DNA of 63,553 bases from Octopus bimaculoides. Its lineage: Eukaryota. Shown in pieces: positions 38,532 through 52,375 of this stretch; position 1 is the stretch's first letter, and every line of letters starts with the position of its first letter. Below the pieces are notes generated by a model. That model was given only the letters and a program-made list of their open reading frames with translations, was not told where the DNA came from and did no database searches. The DNA is taken from the NCBI RefSeq assembly GCF_001194135.2, contig NC_069002.1, positions 2,488,252 through 2,551,804 on the forward strand, read 5' to 3'. Made by a program: the position numbers and the translations under genes.

Positions 38532-41010
38532 GGTTGAAGAAAACCTATCAGTTCATCACCCGTCCGTTGGGTAATGTAAGCGTCTGATGCTTACATATTT
38601 TTTAATATTTTCCGTGAATTTTTCACGGGTCCAGATAGTGAATCACACCTGAGTTTTGGCAATGGAATATATAACGTAGATTTTATTCAATATTCTTTCC
38701 CTTTCCAAATAGAAAACCCTTAATATTCACATGTAATGAGAAACTACTTTAATATACGCATAAATCTGCTAATTCGGTTTGGTTTGATCACGTCATTACG
38801 AGTAAACGTTTTTTTTTTTTTTAATGCAGTGTCGTTTTATTATTGAAGGAAATAGGGAAGGCAAATTCATCAACAACGAAATGGTTAGGAAAGATATATA
38901 AAGGCATATGTTAAATAATCTCTGCAGTTATAGTTCATCATCTATATAGTAGGAGTTTATATTAACGCGTGTATTCGAATGCATACATTGAAGTATGAAA
39001 TCTAGGTGAAGTGAAACAAAATTTTATATTCGTGTTTTTTTTAAATTTAATCACACGTAGATTTAAACTTCGTTGCTATGATATATATTGATATATATTG
39101 ATATATATTGATATATATATATGATATGTTATAGATTTCTTATATACAATCGGCACAAATTAATGATAATTTTTATGGTATTCGTAATGAGAAGTAAAAA
39201 AAAAATTTTTAATCTTTTCTGTTGCTGTCACAGTTTTCAGTTTTTGTTCTTTTTTTTTTACTTTCTTCAAATCATTTTATAATTTTGTGTGCTGATGTAG
39301 TTTGAAATTGGTTTTTGGTTTAAATTACTAAATAAAATGTTAATAGCTTTTAAAATATGTAGAATTTGGGTAATTTTGGCAAATCGAAATTCACAGAAAC
39401 ATTGGTTCCTGTTTCCATATTAACAAGCCAAGCTGTTATCTCTTTCAAAGTACTACACCGACTAGGTATTTTGTTTTTTTAGCCTATCTTCTTTGACGAG
39501 TACCTATATTTTAAACTTTCGCTTTTGAATTTTCGCTACAAAAAAAAAATGAATTGTTTACGTGAATTGAACTATTACTGCAGTTTCCAGTTTGGCTTTT
39601 CTCTGTTTCTTTTTTTTGGTGTGGGGGGGGGTGGGTGGCCAGCTTAATTAATACTATTCTGTATGAAATTTATGAAAGATATCTCAGTCCTCCATCTCCC
39701 AAATCTATCTTCAATGTACACGTGCAGCAAACATCCGTCTCTAGTTAAGGCAAATTATGAGCATTGTTTCTCTTTTCATTCATGTTTTATTTGATTTATG
39801 CATCATCGATTTATATCGGAAGCAGTAACAATTTTAAATAGACAGGAACGTAAGTAGCTGCTTGTTGCTGAACTAGTTTATGGATGAGGAGTTATTTAAG
39901 GGCAGGATAACTAGCTATTATGCCTAAAGCAATAAACTAAATAATTAAACTGAATGCAAGCTTTAGATAATCAAAATTCTTTATAATATATTATCAATAG
40001 GGATGTTCTTAAAGCAATGCACTGCTTCATTCATTTAGATATTGACCAAAGATTGTTAAAGATATAGCATGAAGGTTAACTAATAATTATTGCAGAAATT
40101 GTTGATGGAACGTTTCTCAACATTGTATCAGCATGATTATGAAATTTCACAGAGTTAGGTATAAAGAGTTGAACATTTTCGATAAACTTTAGACATAAAT
40201 ATAAGCTTCTTCTTATTTCATTGATTATATTCTAATTTATTTGCTCATGTTGTGGTATCACCATCAACATTATGATACAGACTTTACAAATGGGAGACCA
40301 CACGGTCAATTGATTCACTTGAAATAGAATCTATGACACATAAACTCACTGCTTATTCTATGACAAAATGCAAAAAATATATTGCATAATATAGTATGTA
40401 AATCTGAAAAAGAAACAGATTTGTAAAAGCTGGAACGCATTTCATTATAGATTTGCTCAATCAGAAAATGTATCAAGAGAAACAATTGCAAAATATTGAG
40501 GTTGTGACAACTAGGATTCGTATCTGAAATGAATGTTTAACAGAAGCCTTCCTCATCATTAGAGTACCCGCATTAGTGTACCATCATTAGAGTACCATCA
40601 TTAGATTATCACTCCTTGAAGATGTTAAATTATATAGCTTTCTTGCATTACTTTGAGATGCAGACTTTGCGATCTTGTTGAAGTGTGTTCGCCAATGTGT
40701 ATATAAGCGCATCTATATGTGGCTGTATGCATATATCTGCTTATATGTGTGTACGTGCTATAAATTACATTCTATACACGGTTGTACAATATATTTTCAT
40801 TTGAAATGAGACGAAAATTTATTGATTAGAGTTATATTTTTATATGGTAATGTAGATTTTGGAAAAATCTGAAGGACTTGTATATCACTTCGAATAAAAA
40901 ACAACGGCGCATGCGTGATTGAAAATGCTTACCAAGTGCATGTGAAGTAAGAGGTGATGCTTTATGTGAATAAGAAACAACAGAGATTAGCTGACGCAAG
41001 TAGGTATGTG

Positions 41011-41048
<38 letters not shown>

Positions 41049-42883
41049 NNNNNNNNNNNNNNCAAACACAAGGTTCCAAGTTCAGTATACACACACACAT
41101 CTACGCACAAATTAGTTCGTATTTCGATAGATTTTCAAGATCTAACATTCGTGTACTCATTAAAATAAAAATACACACATATTTAATTACATATATTACA
41201 TACATACACAGATGAATATTCAAGAATTTATGCCACACATAACATTCAAAATAAAAGCGCATTATATGCTGAAACATCCAGAAAATTCATCCAAAATTTT
41301 TATTTCAAATTAAACATATAACTCTCTTCTATGTAATATGCATTACCTCTACATATATAAGTACAAACACACAACCGCGCGCACACACACACGAGTATAT
41401 ATGCATACCTGAGAGTATATGTGTGTGCGTACGTTCGTGTGTGTGTGTCTGTGTGTATCGGCGTGTGTGAGTGTGTGCATGTATGCACCACTCCATATAT
41501 GCATATATGTGTATATATATACATATGTGTATATATACATATACATACATATGTATACACACATACACACATGCATGAATACATGAACACATATGATTAT
41601 GCATATATACAAATGGAGAAACACATTCACATGCACGCCTACTCCACACATTCGAGCTATTAATGAGCTTTTTGACGCAATCAAAATTTTAGCTAACAAT
41701 AACTTTGTGTATTTATGTTTAACTGTTTCAAGCTATATTTCTCAATTATTCTTTGAAAACACAACACACCCAATTATACGTTCTATTGATAATAAGATTG
41801 GCATCAAATTTCCGTTCATATTTTCTCAAGATACTGCTTGGCATCAGTGCAAGTTGTGAAATAATTAACATTAACTCATACACACATATATAACTGTCCA
41901 TGCATCTAAATGTATATATATGTATATATATATATATATGCGTATGTGTATGTTTGTGTCTTTGTGTGTGTGTGTGGATGTATGTATATATAGTTATGTG
42001 TGTATAAACTATATATGTATGTATATTTATATTCCTATACACATACATGTTAACGTTTGTAATTTAATTGGAAATTGAAAATGTATCTTTATTTTTGTTT
42101 CATTTTCGTTTATTTTTCGTGAAACGTTTCCCACATGAATGGCTTTTTTCTTCTTTTATATCATCATTCTTCACTCAATTGTCTTTGTCTGCATTCACTT
42201 GAGATATGTTATACGTTTTGCTAGTGTATTTATGTTTTCAAAATTTCAATCACTCTCGGCATATTCCACACGTTCTTTCTTATGCGAACACTCACATTCA
42301 TGCTGACACACGCACAGATTTTTGTAAATAAACACTTGTAAGATAATACCTCCCGTGAATAATATTGTTTTACTCTGATTTTCAAACCTGAGCACACATA
42401 CAAAACCGATTTTGCGCGCTCCTGTTTACGATGATGCATGTTCTACTGTGTACGTGTTCGGTGTTGAAGTTGATTTTAGATTGATGACGTGTAAGTTTTT
42501 AATTATATAAATTATAATGTTTCAATAATTGAGGTAGGAATGTCTTTACATTCTATGAATATTGGTGGTAATATATGTCAATGTGTGTGCATGGTGTTTG
42601 TATATATTGAACGTTGTATATATTGGGTAGGAAGCTTCTCTGCTGTGTGGGGACGGGCATGTCATAGAATACACTGAACGTTCCCTCTACCTATTCTACA
42701 ACAGAGGTTGAGGTAGGATTTGCACTCCGACCCAGTAAGACTCTCGAGAGCAAAAGTACCCAAAGTTATGAGTTAGAGTATTGTTGGCTAGTGAAAAGTT
42801 GTCATCTATCAGGAGCAGGAAATCACCAGCAGAAGGTGGATGCAGTGACGCGCTGTTACAGCGTATACCTCCATACCACAACT

Positions 42884-42956
<73 letters not shown>

Positions 42957-43183
42957 TTATATATATATATATATATATAAATCTTATATTGCCGTTCAAT
43001 ACTCGAAACAAGTAGGACAACTGACGAAGTGTCGTTCTTTATGTTACTTGGATTGCTTTCCATTTGTCTCTCTTGTTCCTTGCGTACGCATCCTTATTTT
43101 CTCATTTCATACTGTTTACGTCTTGTGACGTCACGTAGCCATATACGCATATCTATACACATATATATGTATGTACATATATG

Positions 43184-43225
<42 letters not shown>

Positions 43226-43851
43226 CATCCATGTTTTTTGTACACTTACTTTATATCATGTATTGAAGCATGTGATATCTTTCATGAAAATATTTATACC
43301 TCTATTGTATTTCACGCTTCTTTTTCTCAGTTTCTTGCATTGCTTCCGTTTGTATCTTAATAATACTCGTTCGTTATTCACTCGCTTTCATTTACAAAAC
43401 TAATTTGATTTTAGTGATTATTCTGAGTACACATCTTTGCATTTCCTATCTCCAGAATTACGATGCCTTTAAAACACATGATTAGCACTTTACTAAGATT
43501 TCCTTCGCAAATATTGTTTTTTTTGCCTTCAACACAAAGCTTTTCAAAATTGTGGAGAATATTATAGCATTTTACTTGTTTACGTCCTTTTTATTTGCAC
43601 CTGTTTGTGTTTCAAAAGGAGTTATTTTATCATGCTGTTTTTCCTTTCCTTTTTTTCTCTTGTACCATATTTTCTTTTTAGTCTTTATCGTAAATAACTA
43701 TCAGAGCTGAGAACGAAATATGCACGCAGGTATAGAGTTGTGATTAAGACGTTTGCTGTGAAATAATGCCGTTTCAAGATCGATTACGTTACGAGGCAAC
43801 TTCATCAAATCGGAACAGCTATAGATTCAAGCCTATGTGTGACACATATGC

Positions 43852-44230
43852 ACAGACGTGGCTTGCTTCCGAACCACATGGTTTTGGGTTCAGCCTCATT
43901 GCGTGGCACCTTGGGTAATTGTCTTGTACTATAGCATCGGGCCTAGAAAATCACTGTGAGTGGATTTGGCAGATAGAAATAGACAGAAGCTCGTCGTTTA
44001 TATACGTATATGCATATATAATTAATATATAATTCGTGTGTGTGTCATTGTGGTTGTGTTTATCCCTCCACCATCGCTTGACAACAGATGTTGGTGTGTT
44101 TGTGTCGCCGAAACTTAGCGGTTCGGTAGAAGACAGAGCTAGAATAAGTTCTAGGCTTACAAAGAATAAGTTCTGGGATCGATCCCTTCGACTAAAGGTT
44201 GTGCTCCAGGATGAAAGACTAGCTTCACCG
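43852..44230 (+). mobile_element. SINE family A, near full-length, with internal TA/TG microsatellite
   Basis: tRNA-like head gcttgcttccgaaccacatggttttgggttcagcc, body gcgtggcaccttggg...gtgagtggatttgg, internal TA/TG tract at about 44000-44060, and 3' body ccaccatcgcttgacaac...ttagcggttcgg...cgactaaagg. Confidence 0.85.
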
Positions 44231-44883
44231 TTCAAGCTGCTATTAAGACAATTTCTTGACTCCAATTAATTCACTTTATGTTACACAAAGTATAATTAAC
44301 CAGTACCTGGGAAACAAGAGTTTGTGAAGCCAACAATGTTTTTCCGGTGCAGTAACTCGAAAAATAGCAAGTAAAAAGTAATAAAATTTGGTTGCTAATA
44401 CTTACAAATCCATTTTGTGTGTGCATTGAAGAACGCTTTGCAGAATATCAAATACAAGTATGGATGGCGTTTGATTTGTCCATAATTGCAGACTGCAAAT
44501 TTCGGAACCACGATAAAGGGATTCGCCCTTCTACCTAGTGTTTATTCCAGGGTGTAAGCGAGGTGGAATCATAATTGAAGAGCCCAAAATCAAGGTGTGA
44601 AACTTTTAAATGAATGTTATTTGAATATGGTAATGAAAAGCACCAAAATCTCGTAATGTGATACAGGTTCAAATAGCATTGCACAACGGGTGGTTGAATA
44701 TCACAGGAAAGAGGAGAAAAATTTAAATGATATTTCTGTGCAGTTTTACTTTAAATATTTTGTACACCACATAATTATATATATATATATATGCAGGTGA
44801 ATTTTCCCCTTAAGCGCCAAGATAAATTGTCCACTGGATTAGTAATTGAAGAAGATTTGAGTTCACGATTTCCTGAACTCATA

Positions 44884-45059
<176 letters not shown>

Positions 45060-45570
45060 CTACAGAAATGGAACGATATTACAAGGCAGGGACTAAATCA
45101 AGAGCTATCTAAAGCTTATATGTGGAAGTAACTTGGGCGTGATAAAATCCCAAAGCAGTAAATTAATAGCCTCGCATCATTACAATGTTTTTTCTGATAT
45201 CATCTAAACAAGCTCGGATTAGGGATAACAAACCAACTACCTAAAACGAGTGACACAAAAAAAAACTACAGCCGATTATTTGCTTGACAAGAAGGGTATG
45301 TGTAAAATATTTACATTCATTCTCATCGAAGGGATGTACCGATTTCTAATCAGAACATCTTTCCTCTTGAACAAAATGGGTGCAAAAGAAACTTATACGG
45401 CTCCAAGACAAGCTATTATGAAACCGTATTTATAAGTAGGCATTTATAAGTATTGCAGGGTAAACGAGGAAAAGGGAATTCAGCACGCGCCAATGAAGGA
45501 GAAAATCAGGAAAGAATATGATAGACGCGCCAGAAATGGTCCTGAAAACTCCCAGAGTATAATTGCAGCC
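45060..45570 (+). mobile_element. R4/Dong-like LINE RT fragment, internally deleted
   Basis: WK*LGRDKIP (NWKSPG.DKI), GITNQLPKTSDTKKNYS (G.T.L.PK..DT...NYRP), KIFTFILIEGMYRFL and YKYCRVNEEKGIQHAPMKEKIRKEYDRRAR (YKYLGV..KEKIRKEY.RR). Confidence 0.8.
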
Positions 45571-46129
45571 CCAAACTTTGAAATTGTGATTGTAAATGAC
45601 CTCAATTTATTTCGAAATTGACCAAACACTATAGAGAAATGATCATCGTTTTATTGTAAGGAGCAACAGCTAAGCAAAGTAATAGACAGATGCAAATTAC
45701 TAATATCCTAACTTAATATATTACTTACTAGAATACATTTTATATAAGTTTTATATTAAAGGAAAGTTGACAATAACTCATATTTTAAGAAAAGAATTTT
45801 GTAAAGCACAATAAAATATCTGAGGGAATGTTTTCAATTTACCATAGGAAAATATTGAATGAATAAATTTATATATATATATATGTGTGTGTGTGTGTCT
45901 ATATTTATATATATATATATTGTTTTGCTTTAATAAATTTTATATAATTACAATAAGTTTTCTTTCGATAACTTTTCTAAACATCAATAAGCCCAGAGGA
46001 TTTCAGTGCGTATATTTTATTAAAATTCTTAAAATATTATTGATCTGATTATTCTAAACTACTACTAAAATAATCATGAAAGTATTTACTTAAAGTCAAT
46101 AATATTTACAAGATATGGAGTCTTGTTAG

Positions 46130-46250
46130 GCTCTTATTAGAACACCGAGATAGTGTTCAGCTACTTGCACGTTAATTTTCATGAGCAGGCTGTTCCGTTT
46201 GATGGATCAGCTGGAACCCTCCTCGTCGTAGCCGACGGAGCACCACAATA
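46130..46250 (+). mobile_element. SINE/LINE-like 3' tail fragment of another repeat family
   Basis: ctacttgcacgttaattttcatgagcaggctgttccgtttgatggatcagctggaaccctcctcgtcgtagccgacggag resembles an Octopus repeat tail (from memory; unverified). Confidence 0.45.
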
Positions 46251-46764
46251 TATATATTGATAATATATATATATGTATATATAAAAACACACAAACACAC
46301 ACACACACATATGCATGCATGCATACATAGGTTTAAGCGCTACTTCAATCTAGATTGTTTTAAATGAGGCTTTATCCGATCTCATGTCATGATAGTATAT
46401 TCAGAAGCCGTACGTAAAATGGTTTGAAATTGAACTTTGAAAACGTAGATCTGGAGATAATAATTTAACTATACAACAAATAAATATACGTGAGTAAATT
46501 ATCCTTCGCAGGAAATCCATATTATCTTCTCCAAATCAAATATATAGTATGTGGTTTGTCCTTGGATAATCCCTAATTTGTGTCATATGATTGAAAGAAA
46601 CATAACATCCGAAATAAATTTTGTTTTATCAAAATAAGAATAGATTTCCTATTCGAAAACGAGTTGTGAATGCTAGGCTTTATTTTCTTTTGCAGCAATT
46701 TTCAATTCCTGCTCAAATTCATAAACGCACAACCACAAAAACACCAGCAAACAAATACACTCAC

Positions 46765-46845
46765 TCATACATACATACATACATACATACATACATACAT
46801 ACATACATACATACATACATACACATACATACATACATACATACA

Positions 46846-46875
<30 letters not shown>
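46765..46875. repeat. (ACAT)n tetranucleotide array
   Basis: Seen directly. Confidence 0.95.
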
Positions 46876-46876
<1 letters not shown>

Positions 46877-47202
46877 GAGTGCGTGTGTGTGTATATGTGT
46901 GTATTCATGTTTGGTTTATGCAATTGCATAAGAAACTTATGCTCGGACTAAAAGATTCGCATTAAACTAGTTGTAGTCGTAATTTCACAAAATGGCTCTG
47001 TATCGGATTCGTGTCCTACGAATTTAATCTTTGCTCTGTTAGTGTGGGTGAACTAAATAACAAACTGAGACAAAAAAAAAAAAAGAAATACTAAATCTTT
47101 GATATGAGAGATTCGGCCAAGTAGCAGGGAAGTGACTGAAATAATTAAAAGATTCAAAGAATAATCTCTCCGTACAGACACACATCACCACACACATATA
47201 TG

Positions 47203-47260
<58 letters not shown>

Positions 47261-47539
47261 CATACACATATATATATATACATGTATGTACGTGTGTATG
47301 TGTGTATATGTATATATGCATGTATGAGTGTACACGTGTGTGTATGTGTACGTATGTATATATAAACCCATAAACATTTACAGGCACGTATATAAGTGTA
47401 TATATATTCATATTACACACATGCCTATATGTATCTATACAAGACTGATAAATACACATACATAGGAAAAAACACAGTTACATGTGTATACGCATGTAGG
47501 CGTAAGTCGAGAAATATAGGGAAAGAAAGAGAGAAAGAG

Positions 47540-47700
47540 AGACAGATTTTATGCGTAATTATATCTGACAGCCTTGAATTTGTATATATTCCCAAGTTTC
47601 TTATGATCTCATCTAGAATCCAATAATATTTTTTAACTTCTTTCGTCACCATATCTCGCACATTAATCTTTCTAAACTTTGAAGAAACAAAATCCAAAAA
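47540..47700 (-). mobile_element. Possible L2/CR1-type LINE RT C-terminal fragment
   Basis: Open frame ...YWILDEIIRNLGIYTNSRLSDII resembles the VRNLGV.FDS.LS motif of L2/CR1 RTs. Confidence 0.35.
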
Positions 47701-48146
47701 TATTAATCTGTGTGTGTTTAACTGTTTGTCTGTGTGCTTCCGTCTATGTGTTTGTGTGATTGTATGAGTTTCATGTTTTTGAAGAATATATCAACGTTAA
47801 ATTATTCCTCTCACGTTACCTGCGGTAGCTCCCTAACAGTCAGTACTCGCACTACTTCTCTCCTTCTCCCTTTCACCCTCTCTCTGTCTGTCTCTCTCTG
47901 TGTCTCTCTGTCTCTCCTTCTATCTATCTATCTATCTATCTATCTATTTATCTATCTATAATCTATCTATCTATCTCTAACTCTCATACCCTACATGTCT
48001 GTACAGCAATGCATCACCTTGATATATTTTTGTCTGTCTCTATCAATCTTCTCATTCTTTTAGCAGTTCTTCACATTCACACACAAAATTACTCACACAC
48101 AAAATCACTCGCACACACATACTCATACACACAGATATATACACAC

Positions 48147-48188
<42 letters not shown>

Positions 48189-48488
48189 NNNNNNNNNNNN
48201 NNNNNNNNNNNNNNNNNNNNNNNNNNNNNNNNNNNNNNNNNNNNNNNNNNNNNNNNNNNNNNNNNNNNNNNNNNNNNNNNNNNNNNNNNNNNNNNNNNNN
48301 NNNNNNNNNNNNNNNNNNNNNNNNNNNNNNNNNNNNNNNNNNNNNNNNNNNNNNNNNNNNNNNNNNNNNNNNNNNNNNNNNNNNNNNNNNNNNNNNNNNN
48401 NNNNNNNNNNNNNNNNNNNNNNNNNNNNNNNNNNNNNNNNNNNNNNNNNNNNNNNNNNNNNNNNNNNNNNNNNNNNNNNNNNNNNNNN

Positions 48489-48519
<31 letters not shown>

Positions 48520-48990
48520 GTATGTATGTATGTATATACACAGGCATATTTCTGTCTATATCAGTATAGACGTTTATGCTTTGGAGTAAATAAAATGACA
48601 CGAGTAAAAGTAGCTTAATGATTATGGTTGTAGATTAATACAAAAAAAAACTAAGCAAAACTAAATGCGAACACAGATAGACACTTACGCAGTGACATAC
48701 ACATATACACATAAACACACACACACACAAGCACACACACATGCACACACACACACACACACACACACTTATATATATACTATTTCAAATTTAATGTATA
48801 GACCAATACGTCGTTATTAATAGTTTCCTAACATAAGTTAGTTTGCTAGGCTAATATCGTCCGATATCTGATTGGATATTTTAAAAATGTATTACGAAAA
48901 CTGTTCAGAAAATATGTTGGTTCTAACTAGTATAATGAAATTTTGTGTGTGCATAATAAATGCATACATGTACGTATATATGTGCATGCG

Positions 48991-49026
<36 letters not shown>

Positions 49027-49957
49027 AACATACATACACACATATGTATATGAATATGTGTGTGTGTTTTCGTGTTTGTGCGTGCGTGCGTGTGTGTATG
49101 TGTGTGTGTGCGTGTGTGAATGTATGTATGTTTGTATATATGCTTGTATGTATTGCTTCAATCACTGCAGACTGATTAAAAAAATTATAGACCAAGAGAG
49201 AAATCCAGATTAAAATATAAATAAGAAAATAGAATAATGGTCATATAAAATAACTACAGAAATATATTGAAACGGTATCTTTGAAATATATAATTAAACC
49301 TGACAAATCAGGTTTAAAATCTGCATAGTGTCTTCCATGAACAAAAGATATTCAGACTAATAATTGCGTGTAGTATTGAAATTATTATGTATAAATATAA
49401 TATTTGGGTTTGATTATTGCTTTACATGATCGTCGCAGAATGAAAATGAGGCATTTGTGCCAAGAGGAATTGGGTCAAGTATCGCAAGTGGGGTGTTCTT
49501 GGTGTTATCAAGCGCTCATTCAATTACAACCGTTTATTATTTTTTCCTATTTAATCAAAATACTTTTAACTTCTAAAAGTTGCTGATTTCACAGTCAGAT
49601 AATTTCATAACAACTATATACGAATCCATGTCACCGTATAATAAAGTCAATATATATATATATATATATANNNNNNNNNNNNNNNNNNNNNNNNNNNNNN
49701 NNNNNNNNNNNNNNNNNNNNNNNNNNNNNNNNNNNNNNNNNNNNNNNNNNNNNNNNNNNNNNNNNNNNNNNNNNNNNNNNNNNNNNNNNNNNNNNNNNNN
49801 NNNNNNNNNNNNNNNNNNNNNNNNNNNNNNNNNNNNNNNNNNNNNNNNNNNNNNNNNNTATATATATATATATATATATTTACACGTGTGTGTGTGTGTG
49901 CGTGTCTGTTGTTACACACACGCACACACAGATACAAGCGCTTTCACACACGCTTAC

Positions 49958-50985
49958 ATTCGAGGTGGTACCAAAATGGTCCCGGACTAACAAATAACTC
50001 ATTTACTTAAGTTTTAACACCATCTCCTTCGAAATACACAGGGCCGTCCCTTCTTGCCACTTTTGGAATCCGGCCTGGAAGTCGCTTCTTTTAAGCGAAT
50101 CGATGACATTATGTGATTCACTCTGGGTCTCGACGAATGTGTTAAAACAGTGCCTTTTGTGCTGCATCTGAGATGGAAGTCTGCTGAATTTGGCAAAACA
50201 ATGCCTTATTGTTTTTGGCAAGAATCTCACAAATGTTCTGGTCCCTTTCGCCAAATATCCTCTTACGAACACTTCAAAACGTCGCTGTAGAACTCGCAAA
50301 TGACAGTTTGGACCTGGAGAACGAATTCTCGGTTCACAATATTTCAGATGGAAGAAAAAAAAATCGATGAGCATGATCTTGATCGAGCTGTGGCTATATC
50401 ATGCCTTCTTCGGTCGTGCAGATGAAGCGCTCTTCCATTGTGACGACTGCTGCTTCGTCTCTGGATCGTACCCGTAAACCCAACACTCGTCACCGGCAAT
50501 GATCCTCGACATGAAGAATGTGTCATCAGCGGCACGCTGGCGGAGAGCTCGACAATCTTCCGTGCGATGCTCTTTCTGCTCATTGGTCACAGTGCGGGGG
50601 ACAAACTTGACAGAGACACGCCGCATGCTTAATTCAGACGTCAGAATTGTCTTCACAGAACCCTACGGCAGACAAACAACATCAGCAATGTCATTGATTG
50701 TCCTCCTCCGATGATCATTATGCACAAGCTGATAAATGTTCTCCACATTTCTAGGTAAAGATCGTTGCAGGTCTTACAGAACCCACATCGTCTTTCAGAG
50801 ATGTTCTTCTGCTTTTGAAACGCCCGTGCCACTTGATACATTGTGCATTACCCATTGGCTCCGCGCCGTAAGTCGTCTGCCAAAGCAGATGTAGCAGATG
50901 TAGCTCTCCCAACTTCCTGTCCATGACAAAAGTCGCAAACTACAGCATGCACGTGATCACAAAACCACAAATTCCTCAAATAGTA
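49958..50985 (-). mobile_element. Mariner (Tc1/mariner DD34D) non-autonomous relic, lineage 2, with one TIR
   Basis: Decayed transposase runs from the ATG at 50924 (MDRKLG) to about 50003: TILTSELSMRRVSVKFVPRTVTNEQKEHR...SRIIAGDECWVYGYDPETKQQSSQWKS...RPKKA, then DFFFF and ETQSESHNVIDSLKRSDFQAGFQKWQE. TIR cgaggtggtaccaaaatggtcccggacta at 49961-49989. Confidence 0.9.
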
Positions 50986-51157
50986 AACTAATTAATCTAT
51001 ATTGAGATTTTCTAAAGATTAAATAATTCGGAATTATTGTTAAAAATTTCTATGAACTATATAAAATATTTAATATAATAAATGTCAATCAATATCCATT
51101 AGACGTATTACGACGGTTACTCCAAGATTACTGTGTTTCTCCTTCTGTATGTATATA

Positions 51158-51204
<47 letters not shown>

Positions 51205-51935
51205 NNNNNNNNNNNNNNNNNNNNNNNNNNNNNNNNNNNNNNNNNNNNNNNNNNNNNNNNNNNNNNNNNNNNNNNNNNNNNNNNNNNNNNNNNNNNNNNN
51301 NNNNNNNNNNNNNNNNNNNNNNNNNNNNNNNNNNNNNNNNNNNNNNNNNNNNNNNNNNNNNNNNNNNNNNNNNNNNNNNNNNNNNNNNNNNNNNNNNNNN
51401 NNNNNNNNNNNNNNNNNNNNNNNNNNNNNNNNNNNNNNNNNNNNNNNNNNNNNNNNNNNNNNNNNNNNNNNNNNNNNNNNNNNNNNNNNNNNNNNNNNNN
51501 NNNNNNNNNNNNNNNNNNNNNNNNNNNNNNNNNNNNNNNNNNNNNNNNNNNNNNNNNNNNNNNNNNNNNNNNNNNNNNNNNNNNNNNNNNNNNNNNNNNN
51601 NNNNNNNNNNNNNNNNNNNNNNNNNNNNNNNNNNNNNNNNNNNNNNNNNNNNNNNNNNNNNNNNNNNNNNNNNNNNNNNNNNNNNNNNNNNNNNNNNNNN
51701 NNNNNNNNNNNNNNNNNNNNNNNNNNNNNNNNNNNNNNNNNNNNNNNNNNNNNNNNNNNNNNNNNNNNNNNNNNNNNNNNNNNNNNNNNNNNNNNNNNNN
51801 NNNNNNNNNNNNNNNNNNNNNNNNNNNNNNNNNNNNNTATATATATATATATATATATACACGTATGTATATAGATATACACGTATGTATATAGATATAT
51901 ATGCATATATATATATATATATATATACAGACACA

Positions 51936-51971
<36 letters not shown>

Positions 51972-52344
51972 TGCATAAATATATATATATATCAGAAGCC
52001 CAATTAAAGGTTACAAACCTCATTCAGGTATAGCAAAATCCTATGAAATTACTGGTTAGTTACTTATACAGAGAATATTGAACATCATCGCAAAACATCC
52101 GTATTTTTTTTATTAAAGACAAAAGTAAACAACAGCGATGGGGGACACTATTAACAAGGAGTTATAAACACACTTGAGTACAAAATTACAACATGATCAC
52201 ATGCCTAATTTTAGTATTTTATCTTCATTTTCTATGTGTGTTGTTTATTACTGCTTTATCGGGAATCCATTACATGTTGCAAGCCATTCCCGCTATGCCA
52301 GCAAAATGACAGACAGACAAACAGACAGATAGATAGATCGATAG

Positions 52345-52375
<31 letters not shown>

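Noticed and set aside
40554-40605. CRISPR-like or other spacer-containing arrays
   Set aside because: The tandem units have no unique spacers, there are no cas genes, and the context is eukaryotic.
49294-49317. Perfect 10-bp hairpin (also 8-9 bp stems at about 8734, 19907, 26177 and 38574)
   Set aside because: Stems of this length are expected by chance in about 55 kb of AT-rich DNA.
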